A stretch of DNA of 64,000 bases from NCBI GenBank assembly GCA_950097015.1, contig CATNEN010000002.1:6014001-6078000 (forward strand), given 5' to 3'. A model generated the notes under the pieces. It was given only the letters and a program-made list of their open reading frames with translations, was not told the DNA's origin and made no database searches. The position numbers and the translations under genes are program-made. How positions within the stretch are numbered: the first letter of the stretch is position 1; every line of letters begins with the position of its first letter. The DNA comes from Macrostomum hystrix. Lineage: Eukaryota; Animalia; Platyhelminthes. Shown piece by piece: positions 11,936 to 23,101 of this stretch.

Positions 11936-12631
11936 TTAAGCTGCCATTGCGGCGTGCGTTGCACTGGCAATTGAAGCTTCGGCGGCGGCTGCTGCAGCTG
12001 TTAGCCATCGAGCCATGCGTTGGCCAGCCGCTGACGTCCCGGATGTCGCGGCCAGGGAGGCTGGCGTTGCCCCAGCAGAGTCGGGCATTCGTAGGGCAGC
12101 CAGCAGGCCTCGAATCAGCGGCAATGACTTCGGTTGGACTGATTTCAGCGGGAAGGCCCGCAGTAGAGCAATTAGGCAGGCTTCGCTCTGCGCAGCGGCG
12201 CAATAGTGCAACGCATTTCTACCGCTGGCATCGTACAGACGATGCACCTGGCTGGCATCTCTAAGAGCTAGCGCCCCAGCTAGCCTAGGCATCCTGGCAG
12301 TGATGGCCATCATCATCAGCGACTCCAGACTCGCGCCGCGCCATTTCTCAGTCAGCTGAGACGTCGCCAAGTCTCCGAGCAGGTTGTCGCTTAGGTGTAG
12401 AGCGACCAGGGCGTCAGCCTCGTTCCCGCGTCGGATGGCATCCAGCAACGATTTCAAGTTGCGGCTGCTAGCTTCAAGATGCTGCATGAGTGCGCCAGCG
12501 ATCACTGTTCGGTGCTCGGTGACAAATCTCAGCCAGTCAGACCTGGAGCAGTCTCGGCTGAGCTTCCTGAGTCTGTCCGTCACCTCAACCCGGCGACCTC
12601 CGCTCGTAGCGTTGCTGCTTCTAGGAGTCAT
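11936..12631 (-). CDS. Ankyrin-repeat-like protein, 231 aa, single ORF
   Basis: DASGRNALHYCAAAQSEACLIALLR and PDSAGATPASLAA match the ankyrin G.TPLH.AA pattern. GC-rich coding-like ORF with ATG at 12631. Confidence 0.65.
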   Translation of the reverse strand: MTPRSSNATSGGRRVEVTDRLRKLSRDCSRSDWLRFVTEHRTVIAGALMQHLEASSRNLKSLLDAIRRGNEADALVALHLSDNLLGDLATSQLTEKWRGASLESLMMMAITARMPRLAGALALRDASQVHRLYDASGRNALHYCAAAQSEACLIALLRAFPLKSVQPKSLPLIRGLLAALRMPDSAGATPASLAATSGTSAAGQRMARWLTAAAAAAEASIASATHAAMAA

Positions 12632-13262
12632 AGTTAGCCAAGACTTGTTTATTCAAGGGTTATTTCAGCTTTTATCGATTAGAAGTGTTGGCTGTTTGTG
12701 CTCAATTGCTTCTCCAACGCAGTGTAGTATTATATACGCATTTCGCATAGCTTCCATGGCTCGTCTCGCGGGAATTCCGAGGACGCGTGTGCAATGTTAG
12801 CTCTCTGGGGCGGAGCCCAAATTAAGAGTTTTGGGAATTCCGCGCCCGGTGGCTAGAAAAGCAGATATATCTATTTTTAGTTAGGTTACGAGCGGCTGGA
12901 AAACGAGCGGCTAAAGCTGTTTCGTGGGCGGGTACATTCGCGCACTGAATAAGCGTATTTATGTCCTTAGAAAATCCATGCAGCTGAAATTGTCTATAGC
13001 AGGGATTGTGTACGCTTTGTTGTACTGTACGTGAGCGGCTAGGCTTATACTCGTATTAGCAAGTATTACTTTGGGCTTGATGATAAGCAAGTTCAGTTTT
13101 GCTATGTTTTGCCGGGTTTCTTAAATAAAAGTTTCGTCAATTCTCAGCTTCAGATGGTCTTTACTGTAAGACGTAGTCATTAAAGAAAAAAACAATTTCT
13201 CTATGATGTAATTATTTTCGTATTAAATGAATATGTTAAAATAAAAAAAAAGATGGCAGCTT

Positions 13263-13585
13263 GCTAGAATCGCAGCAGAATCGCAGCAGGATATAGAATC
13301 GCAGCAGGATCTGTAGCTAGAATCGCAGCAGGATCTGTAGCTAGAATCGCAGCAGGATCTGTAGCTAGAATCGCAGCAGGATCTCTAGCTAGAATCGCAG
13401 CAGGATCTATAGCTAGAATCGCAGCAGGATCTGTAGCTAGAATCGCAGCAGGATCTGTAGCCATAGAATCGCAGCAGGATCTGTAGCTAGAATCGCAGCA
13501 GGATCTGTAGCCATAGAATCGCAGCAGGATCTGTAGCTAGAATCGCAGCAGGATCTGTAGCTAGAATCGCAGCAGGATCTGTAGC
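13263..13585. repeat. 24-bp minisatellite TAGAATCGCAGCAGGATCTGTAGC, ~13 copies
   Basis: Direct tandem array lying between the divergently oriented ankyrin and kringle genes. Confidence 0.95.
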
Positions 13586-13997
13586 TGGCATTTCTGAGGC
13601 GAGACAAACAAAATTAATTTCAAAATCTGAAGCCTTGGACAATCGAAACATCAATACGAGCGTAGTTCTGAATTTGATGTACTTTAGATATTATGGAACA
13701 AACAAACTGAAAAGAGTTTCTTTATAGTTTACTATGATGAATCCTACAATTTTTTGCACAAACCGTCCAATGAGCGCAGAATAAACACCAAGTGGTTTGA
13801 AGGAGTAAAAACACGGGGCTTGTCTATGGCCAAACTAACTGCAGCTTAAGAATCGCTTGCTTTTAATTTTAGGGTGCGGAACACAGGAAAAAAATAGTCT
13901 ATGGTCTGAACTTCTTTTATCTGGCAATGAAAAGCTTTTCTAGGCCAGCAGACTTAGTCCCAGACTCAGTTTGTACCGTAGAGGCCGAACAGCAGGC

Positions 13998-16900
13998 ATG
14001 CATCGCTATTTTTTACTACTGCCCATTTTCCTGACCAGCTTAGTGCAGCTCGCTGAAGCAGTTTTTTGTCCCGGACAACCGTTGCGCAGTCACATCTTCC
14101 AGAGAAGCATACCAACGAGTATTCGACTGGCTGACAACGAATGCCTGGGAAGATTTATCATAGGCGGCTGGTGCGCCTGGGAGCCCTTGGAGACGGCGCA
14201 CGGGATCAGCGCCTGCCAGAAGGGATTAAACATTCGTTGGCGCAGGCGATTGTGCAACTGCCCGCCGCCGAAGCCGCTGGAGCTGCGAGAGGCCTGGTGC
14301 CAGCCGGCCAAAAATGCCAGCTCGGTGGCTCGTCTGCTCAATGAGGAGACTCGCCTGAGAGCTCTGAAGCCCGTCATTTGGAACGATCCGAAACTCTGGG
14401 ATTTGACCCAACCATTTAGCAGGCCTGGCTCATTGACTAACTCTCATCTGTCCTGCCTAGATATGCATGTGAGTGTTACTTACAGTTTCCTCACAGTTTG
14501 CTCACAGTTTCCTCACAGTTTCCCCACAGTTTCCTCACAGTTTCCTCCCAGTTTCCTCACAGTTTCCTCACAGTTTCCTCACAGTTTCCTCACAGTTTCC
14601 CCACAGTTTCCTCACAGTTTCCTCCCAGTTTCCTCACAGTTTCCTCACAGTTTCCTCACAGTTTCCTCACAGTTTCCTCACAGTTTCCTCACAGTTTCCT
14701 CACAGTTTCCTCCCAGTTTCCTCACAGTTTCCTCACAGTTTCCTCACAGTTTCCTCACAGTTTCCTCACAGTTTCCTCACAGTTTCCTCACCGTTTCATC
14801 CCAGTTTCCTCACAGTTTCCTCACAGTTTCCTCCCAGTTTCCTCACAGTTTCCTCACAGTTTCCTCACAGTTTCCTCACAGTTTCCTCACAGTTTCATCC
14901 CAGTTTCCTCACAGTTTCCTCACAGTTTCCTCCCAGTTTCCTCACAGTTTCCTCACAGTTTCGTCACAGTTTCCTCACAGTTTCCTCACAGTTTCCTCAC
15001 AGTTTCCTCACAGTTTCCTCACAGTTTCCTCACAGTTTCCTCACAGTTTCATCCCAGTTTCCTCACAGTTTCCTCACAGTTTCCTCCCAGTTTCCTCCCA
15101 GTTTCCTCACAGTTTCCTCCCAGTTTCCTCACAGTTTGCTCACAGTTTGCTCGCAGTTTCCTCACAGTTTGCTCACAGTTTCCTCACAGTTTCCTCACAG
15201 TTTCCTCACAGTTTCCTCACAGTTTCCTCACAGTTTCCTCACAGTTTCCTCAAAGTTTGCTCCCAGTTTGCTCGCAGTTTCCTCACAGTTTCCTCACAGT
15301 TTGCTCACAGTTTCCTCACAGTTTCCTCACAGTTTCCTCACAGTTTGCTCACAGTTTCCTCACAGTTTCCTCACAGTTTCCTCACAGTTTCCTCACAGTT
15401 TCCTCACAGTTTCCTCACAGTTTCCTCACAGTTTCCTCCCAGTTCAGTTTCCTCACAGTTTCGTCACATTTTCTCATTCCTACCAAACTTTCTTTCTCCC
15501 CATGCAGGAGTGCTACTATCACACGGGAGCAACCTACAAGGGCAAAGTGTCCGTGACTAGGCTTGGCCACACTTGCCGACCTTGGGCCGACGTAAAGGAT
15601 TTCCTTGCGGTTTACGGCATGAGCCAGTCAGATATATTAAAGTTTATTAACAGCAAGCCAGAAAACTATTGTAGAAATCCATCAGCCAGTGGGACTCAGT
15701 ATCTGTATACGCGACTCAAGCCTTGGTGCATAACTGCCAACGATAGGAATAGCATGGAGCAATGGGATTATTGTGAAATCCCAAGATGCGGTGCAATGCA
15801 TTATCACGGAACAGTGTTCTTCAATTGGCTCGCAACTCATGACCTGTACAGCAAAGGCCTTTCGTTTACGTCTACTTCTGCTTCAAGCAGTTTTAGAATG
15901 TCGGACTTCACGGGAGACGCGAATGCGGAGGGCTGCTTCAACACATGCCGGTTCCGCTGCGACAGATTCGCTTGTGAGTTCCTTAGCGGGGGGAATTCGG
16001 GTGGTTGCGAAGGCCTATCCAGTCCGCAGACTGAACAGCTGTACACAAGCCTCTGGATGCATCACACGATAGCTGCGGCTGATTTCTAATCTAAGTGTCT
16101 CATCTCAACGTCTAATCCCAGTGTCTAATCTCGATGTCTAATTCCAGTGTCTAATCCCAGTGTCTAATCCCAGTGTCTAATCCCAGTGTCTAATCTCGAT
16201 GTCTAATTCCAGTGTCTAATCCCAGTGTCTAATCCCAGTGTCTAATCCCAGTGTCTAATCCCAGTGTCTAATCCCAGTGTCTGATTCCAGTATCTAATCC
16301 CAGTGTCTAATCCCAGTGTCTAATCCCAGTGTCTAATCCCAGTGTCTAATTCCAGTGTCTAATCCCAGTGTCTAATCCCAGTGTCTAATCCCAGTGTCTA
16401 ATCCCAGTGTCTAATCCCAGTGTCTAATCCCAGTGTCTAATCCCAGTGTCTAATCCCAGTGTCTAATCCCAGTGTCTAATCCCAGTGTCTAATCCCAGTG
16501 TCTAATCCCAGTGTCTAATCCCAGTGTCTAATCCCAGTGTCTAATCCCAGTGTCTAATCCCAGTGTCTAATCCCAGTGTCTAATCCCAGTGTCTAATCCC
16601 AGTGTCTAATCCCAGTGTCTAATCCCAGTGTCTAATCCCAGTGTCTAATCCCAGTGTCTAATCCCAGTGTCTAATCCCAGTGTCTAATCCCAGTGTCTAA
16701 TCCCAGTGTCTAATGCCACTGTCTAATCTCGAAGCCTAATCCCAGTGTCTAATCCCAGTGTCTAATCCCAGTGTCTAATCCCAGTGTCTAATCCCAGTGT
16801 CTAATCCCAGTGTCTAATCCCAGTGTCTAATCCCAGTGTCTAATCCCAGTGTCTAATCCCAGTGTCTAATCCCAGTGTCTAATCCCAGTGTCTAATCCCA

Positions 16901-19900
16901 GTGTCTAATCCCAGTGTCTAATCCCAGTGTCTAATCCCAGTGTCTAATCCCAGTGTCTAATGCCACTGTCTAATCTCGAAGCCTAATCCCAGTGTCTAAT
17001 CTCGATGCCTAATCCCAGTGTCTAATCCCAGTGTCTAATCCCAGTGTCTTATCCCAGTGTCTAATCCAAGTGTCTAATCCCAGTGTCTAATGCCACTGTC
17101 TAATCTCGAAGCCTAATCCCAGTGTCAAATCCAGTGTTTCCTGAGTGCTGTACGAAGCGATAAATATTTGAAGGTTCGGGGTGAAAGCTTCTTATAATAC
17201 TTTTAGCAGTATTGTAGCAAACCAACCTACTTCTTCCTCTACAGTGCTTAACCTCAGATTGAGTCCGATGGCTTCTACACCGATATTTCGCGCCTGCCAG
17301 TGCCTCAGCCAGCACGATTTGCCAGATTTTGAGCGGCACTTCAAGGCGAATTTCGTAGACAATTTCACACACGGCATGACTCTTAATGGACGACATCATT
17401 TTAACCGCCATTACTTCCCAACCCAGAGAAGCGACGATGCACTGTTTGCTCGTTTCGAATGGCAGCAGTGTATTCTGTTTAATTCTTTCTTCCGTTGTCC
17501 GTTTATAAAAGAAGTAGGCACAAGGTTGATTGCGTCAACCTTTGAATTGGCTTTGCCAAAGAACTGCTACGAGACTGACAATATGCTGGGCAAGCCACTT
17601 AGCCCCACTACTGTCTATGGCGTTATGGGAGATTTTAAGTAAGCGCGCGCTTTTGTAGTGCATAGATATTTTTGCAAGATAATTTTACATCTAGAAGTCC
17701 ATAGTAACGCTTTGGACAAGCAAACCTAATAGAAATTTCATTGGCTGTTGTAAGCCTCTAGGCACCGATAGCCGCAACCCTGAGAGCTCATTACCATAGA
17801 CCAAGGGGTCGGCAAACTCTGGCCCGCGGGCCAGATGCGGCTCTCGAAGCTCCCAAGTCCGGCCCGATGCCCCTTCCGACACCTATAGTATCCCATTTTA
17901 TCTTTTCCGTCTCATCTCTCCTCCGTCTCATCTCTCCTCGGTCTCGTCTCTCCCGTGTCTCATCTCTCCCATGTCTCATATCTCCCCTTTCTCATATCTC
18001 CGCCGTCTCATCTCTCCCCTGTCTCATCTCTGGTTTTTGTGGTTTTGTGGTTCAAATCCTGAACTGTTTCACTCCGACCTATAGGGAATAGGATTAACGC
18101 CAGAGCGCGCACTACTTAATCCGCACTAGTCACAGCGATCGCAATCATTATTCATTCATTCCAGACTCGTATCACTGAAGTTTGATGGCTTTTTCTACTC
18201 CAGTCGGAATCCCGGCGACCGTAAAGCCACACTGTGCACTCACAGAACAAGAACTTCCCCCTCCTGCCCGAGCTTTGGCGCGTCATCCTTGCGCGACCCA
18301 AACTCCTACTTTAACAATGTGGTGGACAACGAATACCATTGGATAATAATTGACAGCAACAGATACACCCACAATGCCGTGTTTAAGATTAAAATTTCTG
18401 GCTTCAGCATTGAGGCCTACCGCAGCATGGAGGTCCTTGTGAGATCAGCTCCTCTGCCCGATTGGCTAGTCGAGAAAAGCTTCAGAAGCAGCGAAGGTCG
18501 CAGCGGCCGTCGCACTGAATACTTCAAGAAGGCTACAAAGACGGAGCAAATGCTCTGGTGGAAATGCGAAGAGTTCCTGATGGAGAATGTGACTGATTCG
18601 GCAAGCTCGGTGAGTCCACCTCATACTCTGATTGTTTGACCTTTCTCCCTCCAGCGTCTCACCCCCAGTGTCTCACCCCCAGTGTCTCACCCCCAGTGTC
18701 TCACCCTCCAGTGTCTCACCCCCCGGTGTCTCACCCTCCAGTGTCTCACCCTCCAGTGTCTCACCCCCCGGTGTCTCACCCCCCGGTGTCTCACCCCCCG
18801 GTGTCTCACCCCCAGTGTCTCACCCCCCAGTGTCTCACCCCCAGTGTCTCACCCCCAGTGTCTCTCCCCCCAGTGTCTCACCTCCCAGTGTCTCACCCCC
18901 AGTGTCTCACCCCCCAGTGTCTCACCCCCCCGGTGTCTCACCCCCCGGTGTCTCACCCCTAGTGTCTCACCCCCCAGTGTCTCACCCCCAGTGTCTCACC
19001 ACCCAGTGTCTCACCCCCCAGTGTCTCACCCCCCGGTGTCTCACCCTCCAGTGTCTCACCCTCCAGTGTCTCACCCCCCGGTGTCTCACCCCCCGGTGTC
19101 TCACCCCCCGGTGTCTCACCCCCAGTGTCTCACCCCCCAGTGTCTCACCCCCAGTGTCTCACCCCCAGTGTCTCTCCCCCCAGTGTCTCACCTCCCAGTG
19201 TCTCACCCCCAGTGTCTCACCCCCCAGTGTCTCACCCCCCGGTGTCTCACCCCCCGGTGTCTCACCCCTAGTGTCTCACCCCCCAGTGTCTCACCCCCAG
19301 TGTCTCACCACCCAGTGTCTCACCCCCCAGTGTCTCACCACCCAGTGTCTCACCACCCAGTGTCTCCACCCCCCAGTGTCTCACCACCCAGTGTCTCACC
19401 CCCCAGTGTCTCACCACCCAGTGTCTCACCCTCCTCCTCCCAGTGTCTCACCCTCCACCCCCAGTGTCTCACCCCCCAGTGTCTCACCCCCAGTGTCTCT
19501 CCCCCCAGTGTCTCACCTCCCAGTGTCTCACCCCCAGTGTCTCACCCCCCAGTGTCTCACCCCCCGGTGTCTCACCCCCCGGTGTCTCACCCCTAGTGTC
19601 TCACCCCCCAGTGTCTCACCCCCAGTGTCTCACCACCCAGTGTCTCACCCCCCAGTGTCTCACCACCCAGTGTCTCACCACCCAGTGTCTCCACCCCCCA
19701 GTGTCTCACCACCCAGTGTCTCACCCCCCAGTGTCTCACCACCCAGTGTCTCACCCTCCTCCTCCCAGTGTCTCACCCTCCACCCCCAGTTTCTCACCCT
19801 CTAGTGTCTCACCCTCCAGTGTCTCACCCTCCTCCCAGTGTCTTACCCTCCAACCCAAGTGTCTCACCCTCCTCCTCCCAGTGTCTCACCCTCCACCTCC

Positions 19901-21625
19901 AGAGTCTCACCCCCAGTGTCTCAGCCATAGCCACACCACGTTTCCACCCTCCCTGTGCAGGCAGCAGCATATTCAGTGTGCAGCCCGCACCAGCGCACTC
20001 GGTGGCTGATGCTGCGGTCGCGCGTTAAAATCGATTATTTGGAAATGAAGCACATGATGGGATATACCTGGCTGCAGTCCCCTGAGCTGCCGAATATAAA
20101 GTTTGATTCGATCGAATTGTACGAATTAGGGGAATACAGAATGAACTGTCTGACAATGCACCATCCGCCTATGGGACCCGAGTATGCGGACTACTGGGAG
20201 GACCTTTACAGCTTCGATAGCAATGTGAGTCACTCCGTCACTATGTCACTCCGTCACTATGTCACTCCGTCACTATGTCACTCCGTCACTATGTCACTCC
20301 GTCACTATGTCACTCCGTCACTATGTCACTCCGTCACTATGTCACTCCGTCACTATGTCACTCCGTCACTATGTCACTCCGTCACTATGTCACTCCGTCA
20401 CTATGTCACTCCGTCACTATGTCACTCCGTCACTATGTCACTCCGTCACTATGTCACTCCGTCACTATGTCACTCCGTCACTATGTCACTCCGTCACTAT
20501 GTCACTCCGTCACTATGTCACTCCGTCACTATGTCACTCCGTCACTATGTCACTCCGTCACTATGTCACTCCGTCACTATGTCACTCCGTCTGCACCTCG
20601 TCACTTCGTCGCTTCAGGGCATGCCTGTGGATCCGCCATTGTTCACTAAGACGCACCCACTGTTCACTTTGCCGCTGACAACTCACGACTCGATAAATTC
20701 TGAGGAGCGCTACATGCAGGAGGAATGGGATGTTGAAGCCTGTGGCGACTGGGATATCCTGCAGGACACCTCTGTTGTCGGGGTGCCCGCCAGGCTCGTT
20801 GTTGTCATCGACCAGAAATTGCGCAGGGGTCAGGCCTGCGCAACGCGAAAAGAAGGTGAATATCTAGGCAGATTGTCTCTAAATTTCAGGCTTAACGAAT
20901 TCTGCAACTGCACCCAATTGATAAAGCTTCTGAGCTGAGGAGGTCCTGAGCTCGAATCCACAGTGAGACCATTCTAAATTGGGACCCAGTCGCGGAGAAA
21001 GGCTTTGGCGGGGGGCGGGTGACAACTGCTTGTCGTGCGATTTCCACTCATGATGGACCGTTAGATAGTCAGGGCAGATTTACACACCTGTGTGAGTGTG
21101 TGCTCAGGAGTCAGCGGAATGGGCAGAATTGTCTCCTCGCTGGCTGCGGGTCTAGTGTCACCAAAGGCTGTGCCATTGCCTGAAATCCATCTGGGGATAT
21201 TATCATGACTAATTATGCGTAGATTCAATCACCTTGTCACATTTTCTCAATCAGTGATTGGACCAGGCAATAACACCAGATGCACAAGATCCGTGTACTT
21301 CAGAGTGGACAAAGACAGCGGGGAGGTCATTCACTACCCGGACTTTGGCCGCTCCTACGATCTCACCAAGGAACAGGCCCATTGTCAGTTCGTGTGCGCG
21401 GTGTCGCGAGAGTGCAAGGCTTTCGAATTCTCCCAGGACAACTTCTGCCGTCTGCACCTCATCACCTACACCCTGGAGACTATGTTCACCAGCGAGAAAG
21501 GCACCGTCTATGGCAGAAAGTCCGACATCATGGCAACAGCGAATCCATTCACCTGGAACAACCCTTACCACCCATATTACAGAATGCTGCAGGACATTCT
21601 TACTGAAACTGACTTTTTCCGCTGA
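13998..21625 (+). CDS. Secreted multidomain protein (TSP1-like, kringle, WSC-like, unknown, discoidin/galactose-binding-like, unknown, PAN/apple), 882 aa, 7 exons
   Basis: Exons 13998-14468, 15508-15973, 17245-17638, 18165-18609, 19961-20224, 20618-20855 and 21255-21625. All six introns are GT-AG with matching phases (0,1,2,0,0,1); total 2649 nt = 883 codons. Signal MHRYFLLLPIFLTSLVQLAEA. TSP1-like WCAW..C...RWRRRLCNCPPP. Kringle ECYYHTGATYKG..CRPW..NYCRNP..PWC..WDYCEIPRC. WSC-like CFNTC..RFALL..CQC. C-terminal CQFVCAVSRECKAFEFSQDNFCRL. Confidence 0.8.
14482..15460 (+). repeat. 11-bp minisatellite TTTCCTCACAG filling intron 1, ~85-90 copies
   Basis: Direct tandem array starting 13 bp after the GTGAGT donor at 14469. 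Confidence 0.97.
16107..17135 (+). repeat. 13-bp minisatellite CTAATCCCAGTGT in intron 2, ~78 copies
   Basis: Direct, highly homogeneous tandem array. Confidence 0.97.
17808..17875 (+). mobile_element. Probable end of a hAT (Charlie-like) non-autonomous element
   Basis: CCAAGGGGTCGGCAAACTCTGGCCCGCGGGCCAGATGCGGC resembles the CAGGGGTCGGCAAACT...GGCCCGCGGGCC terminus of hAT MITEs. The other end was not found. Confidence 0.5.
17905..18030 (+). repeat. Short 16-bp array GTCTCATCTCTCCCAT in intron 3
   Basis: About 7 degenerate copies; reverse complement of the 44022-44372 array. Confidence 0.8.
18653..19922 (+). repeat. 14-15-bp C-rich minisatellite CTCACCCCCCAGTGT in intron 4, ~85 copies
   Basis: Direct tandem array with variable C-run length. 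Confidence 0.97.
20229..20592 (+). repeat. 16-bp minisatellite GTCACTCCGTCACTAT in intron 5, ~22 copies
   Basis: Near-perfect array beginning inside the GTGAGT donor. Confidence 0.97.
20935..21165 (+). mobile_element. SINE fragment (second family) in intron 6
   Basis: Shares GTCAGCGGAATGGGCAGAATTGTCTCCTCGCTGGCTGCGGGTCTAGTGTCAC and CTTGTCGTGC with 5370-5690. Confidence 0.75.
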
Positions 21626-21629
21626 GAAC

Positions 21630-22562
21630 ATCACATCCCATCCCATTCATCCCATCCCATCCCATCCATCCCAATCCATCCCATTCCATCCCATCCATCC
21701 CATTCTATCCCATTCCATCCCATTCATCCCATTCCATCCCATTCTATCCCATTCATCCCATTCCATCCCATTCCATCCCATTCCATCCCATCCATCCCAT
21801 CCATCCCATCGATCCACCACATTCCATCCATCCCATTCTATCCCATCCCATCTCATCCATCCCATCCCATCCCATCCCATCCCATCCCATCCCATCTCAT
21901 CCATCCCATCCCATCCATCCCATTCTATCCCATTCATCCCATTCCATCCCATTCCATCCCATTCTATCCCATTCCATCCCATTCCATCCCATTCCATCCC
22001 ATCCATCCCATTCTGTCCATCCCATCCCATCCCATCCCATTCATCCCATCCCATCCCATCCATCCCAATCCATCCCATTCCATCCCATCCATCCCATTCT
22101 ATCCCATTCCATCCCATTCATCCCATTCCATCCCATTCTATCCCATTCATCCCATTCCATCCCATTCCATCCCATTCCATCCCATCCATCCCATCCATCC
22201 CATCGATCCACCACATTCCATCCATCCCATTCTATCCCATCCCATCTCATCCATCCCATCCCATCCCATCCCATCCCATCCCATCCCATCTCATCCATCC
22301 CATCCCATCCATCCCATTCTATCCCATTCATCCCATTCCATCCCATTCCATCCCATTCTATCCCATTCCATCCCATTCCATCCCATTCCATCCCATCCAT
22401 CCCATTCTGTCCATCCCATCCCATCCCATCCCATTCCATCCCATCCCAAACCATCCCAAACCATCCCAAACCATCCCATCCCATCCATCCCATTCTGTCC
22501 ATCCCATCCCATCCCATCCATCCCATTCTGTCCATCCCATCCCATCCATCCCATTCTATCTA
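21630..22562. repeat. (CCATC/CCATT)n pentamer satellite with an internal higher-order duplication
   Basis: Starts about 5 bp after the stop at 21625. The rare variant CGATCCACCACATTCC occurs at ~21810 and ~22204, about 394 bp apart. Confidence 0.95.
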
Positions 22563-23101
22563 ATTCCAATAGCCTCTAAAAGATGAGAATCGCACGGTTT
22601 CGCGTTTTTATTTCTTCGTTTTGTTGCATGTTAAAGATCGGCTCACCCAATCTAAACATTCTAACAACTTAGTATTATCAAAAACTAAATACAAATGGTT
22701 AATATTGTTGACTGTCTTCTGTCTTGTTTATCGGATGAGCTTGTTACGCCAGTTTTCTGTTTGACTTTTCTGATTTCTAACATAAGGCAGAGCTGAGCAG
22801 TGTGACACGACACGACTCATTCTAGCGTGGAGTCCCGTCTGTTCTCTTTGCGTGCGTCGATAGTTGACCAATAAGGACAGTCTTCGAGTGTGCCTAGCTG
22901 GGCGCTTATTGGTCAGCGAATCCGTGATGAAAATCTGTGATCGGTGATTGGTCCTGCACCCCTGTCCTGTTGGATAGGACTGATCTAGCGGTGCTGAGGA
23001 GGTCTGCTCATTAGCAGTTTTTTTCTACTCAACCAGTTTAAATAGTTTATGGTGGCCAATACTTGACATCTGAAAAAGAATCCGAAACTAACTGAAACAG
23101 C

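Noticed and set aside
13971-16089. Treating ORFs 13971-15560 and 14473-16089 as two complete genes ending at 16089
   Set aside because: A GTGAGT donor at 14469, an acceptor at 15507 and a phase-1 GTGAGT donor at 15974 link them into the larger 7-exon model. The 16089 stop is kept only as a possible short isoform.
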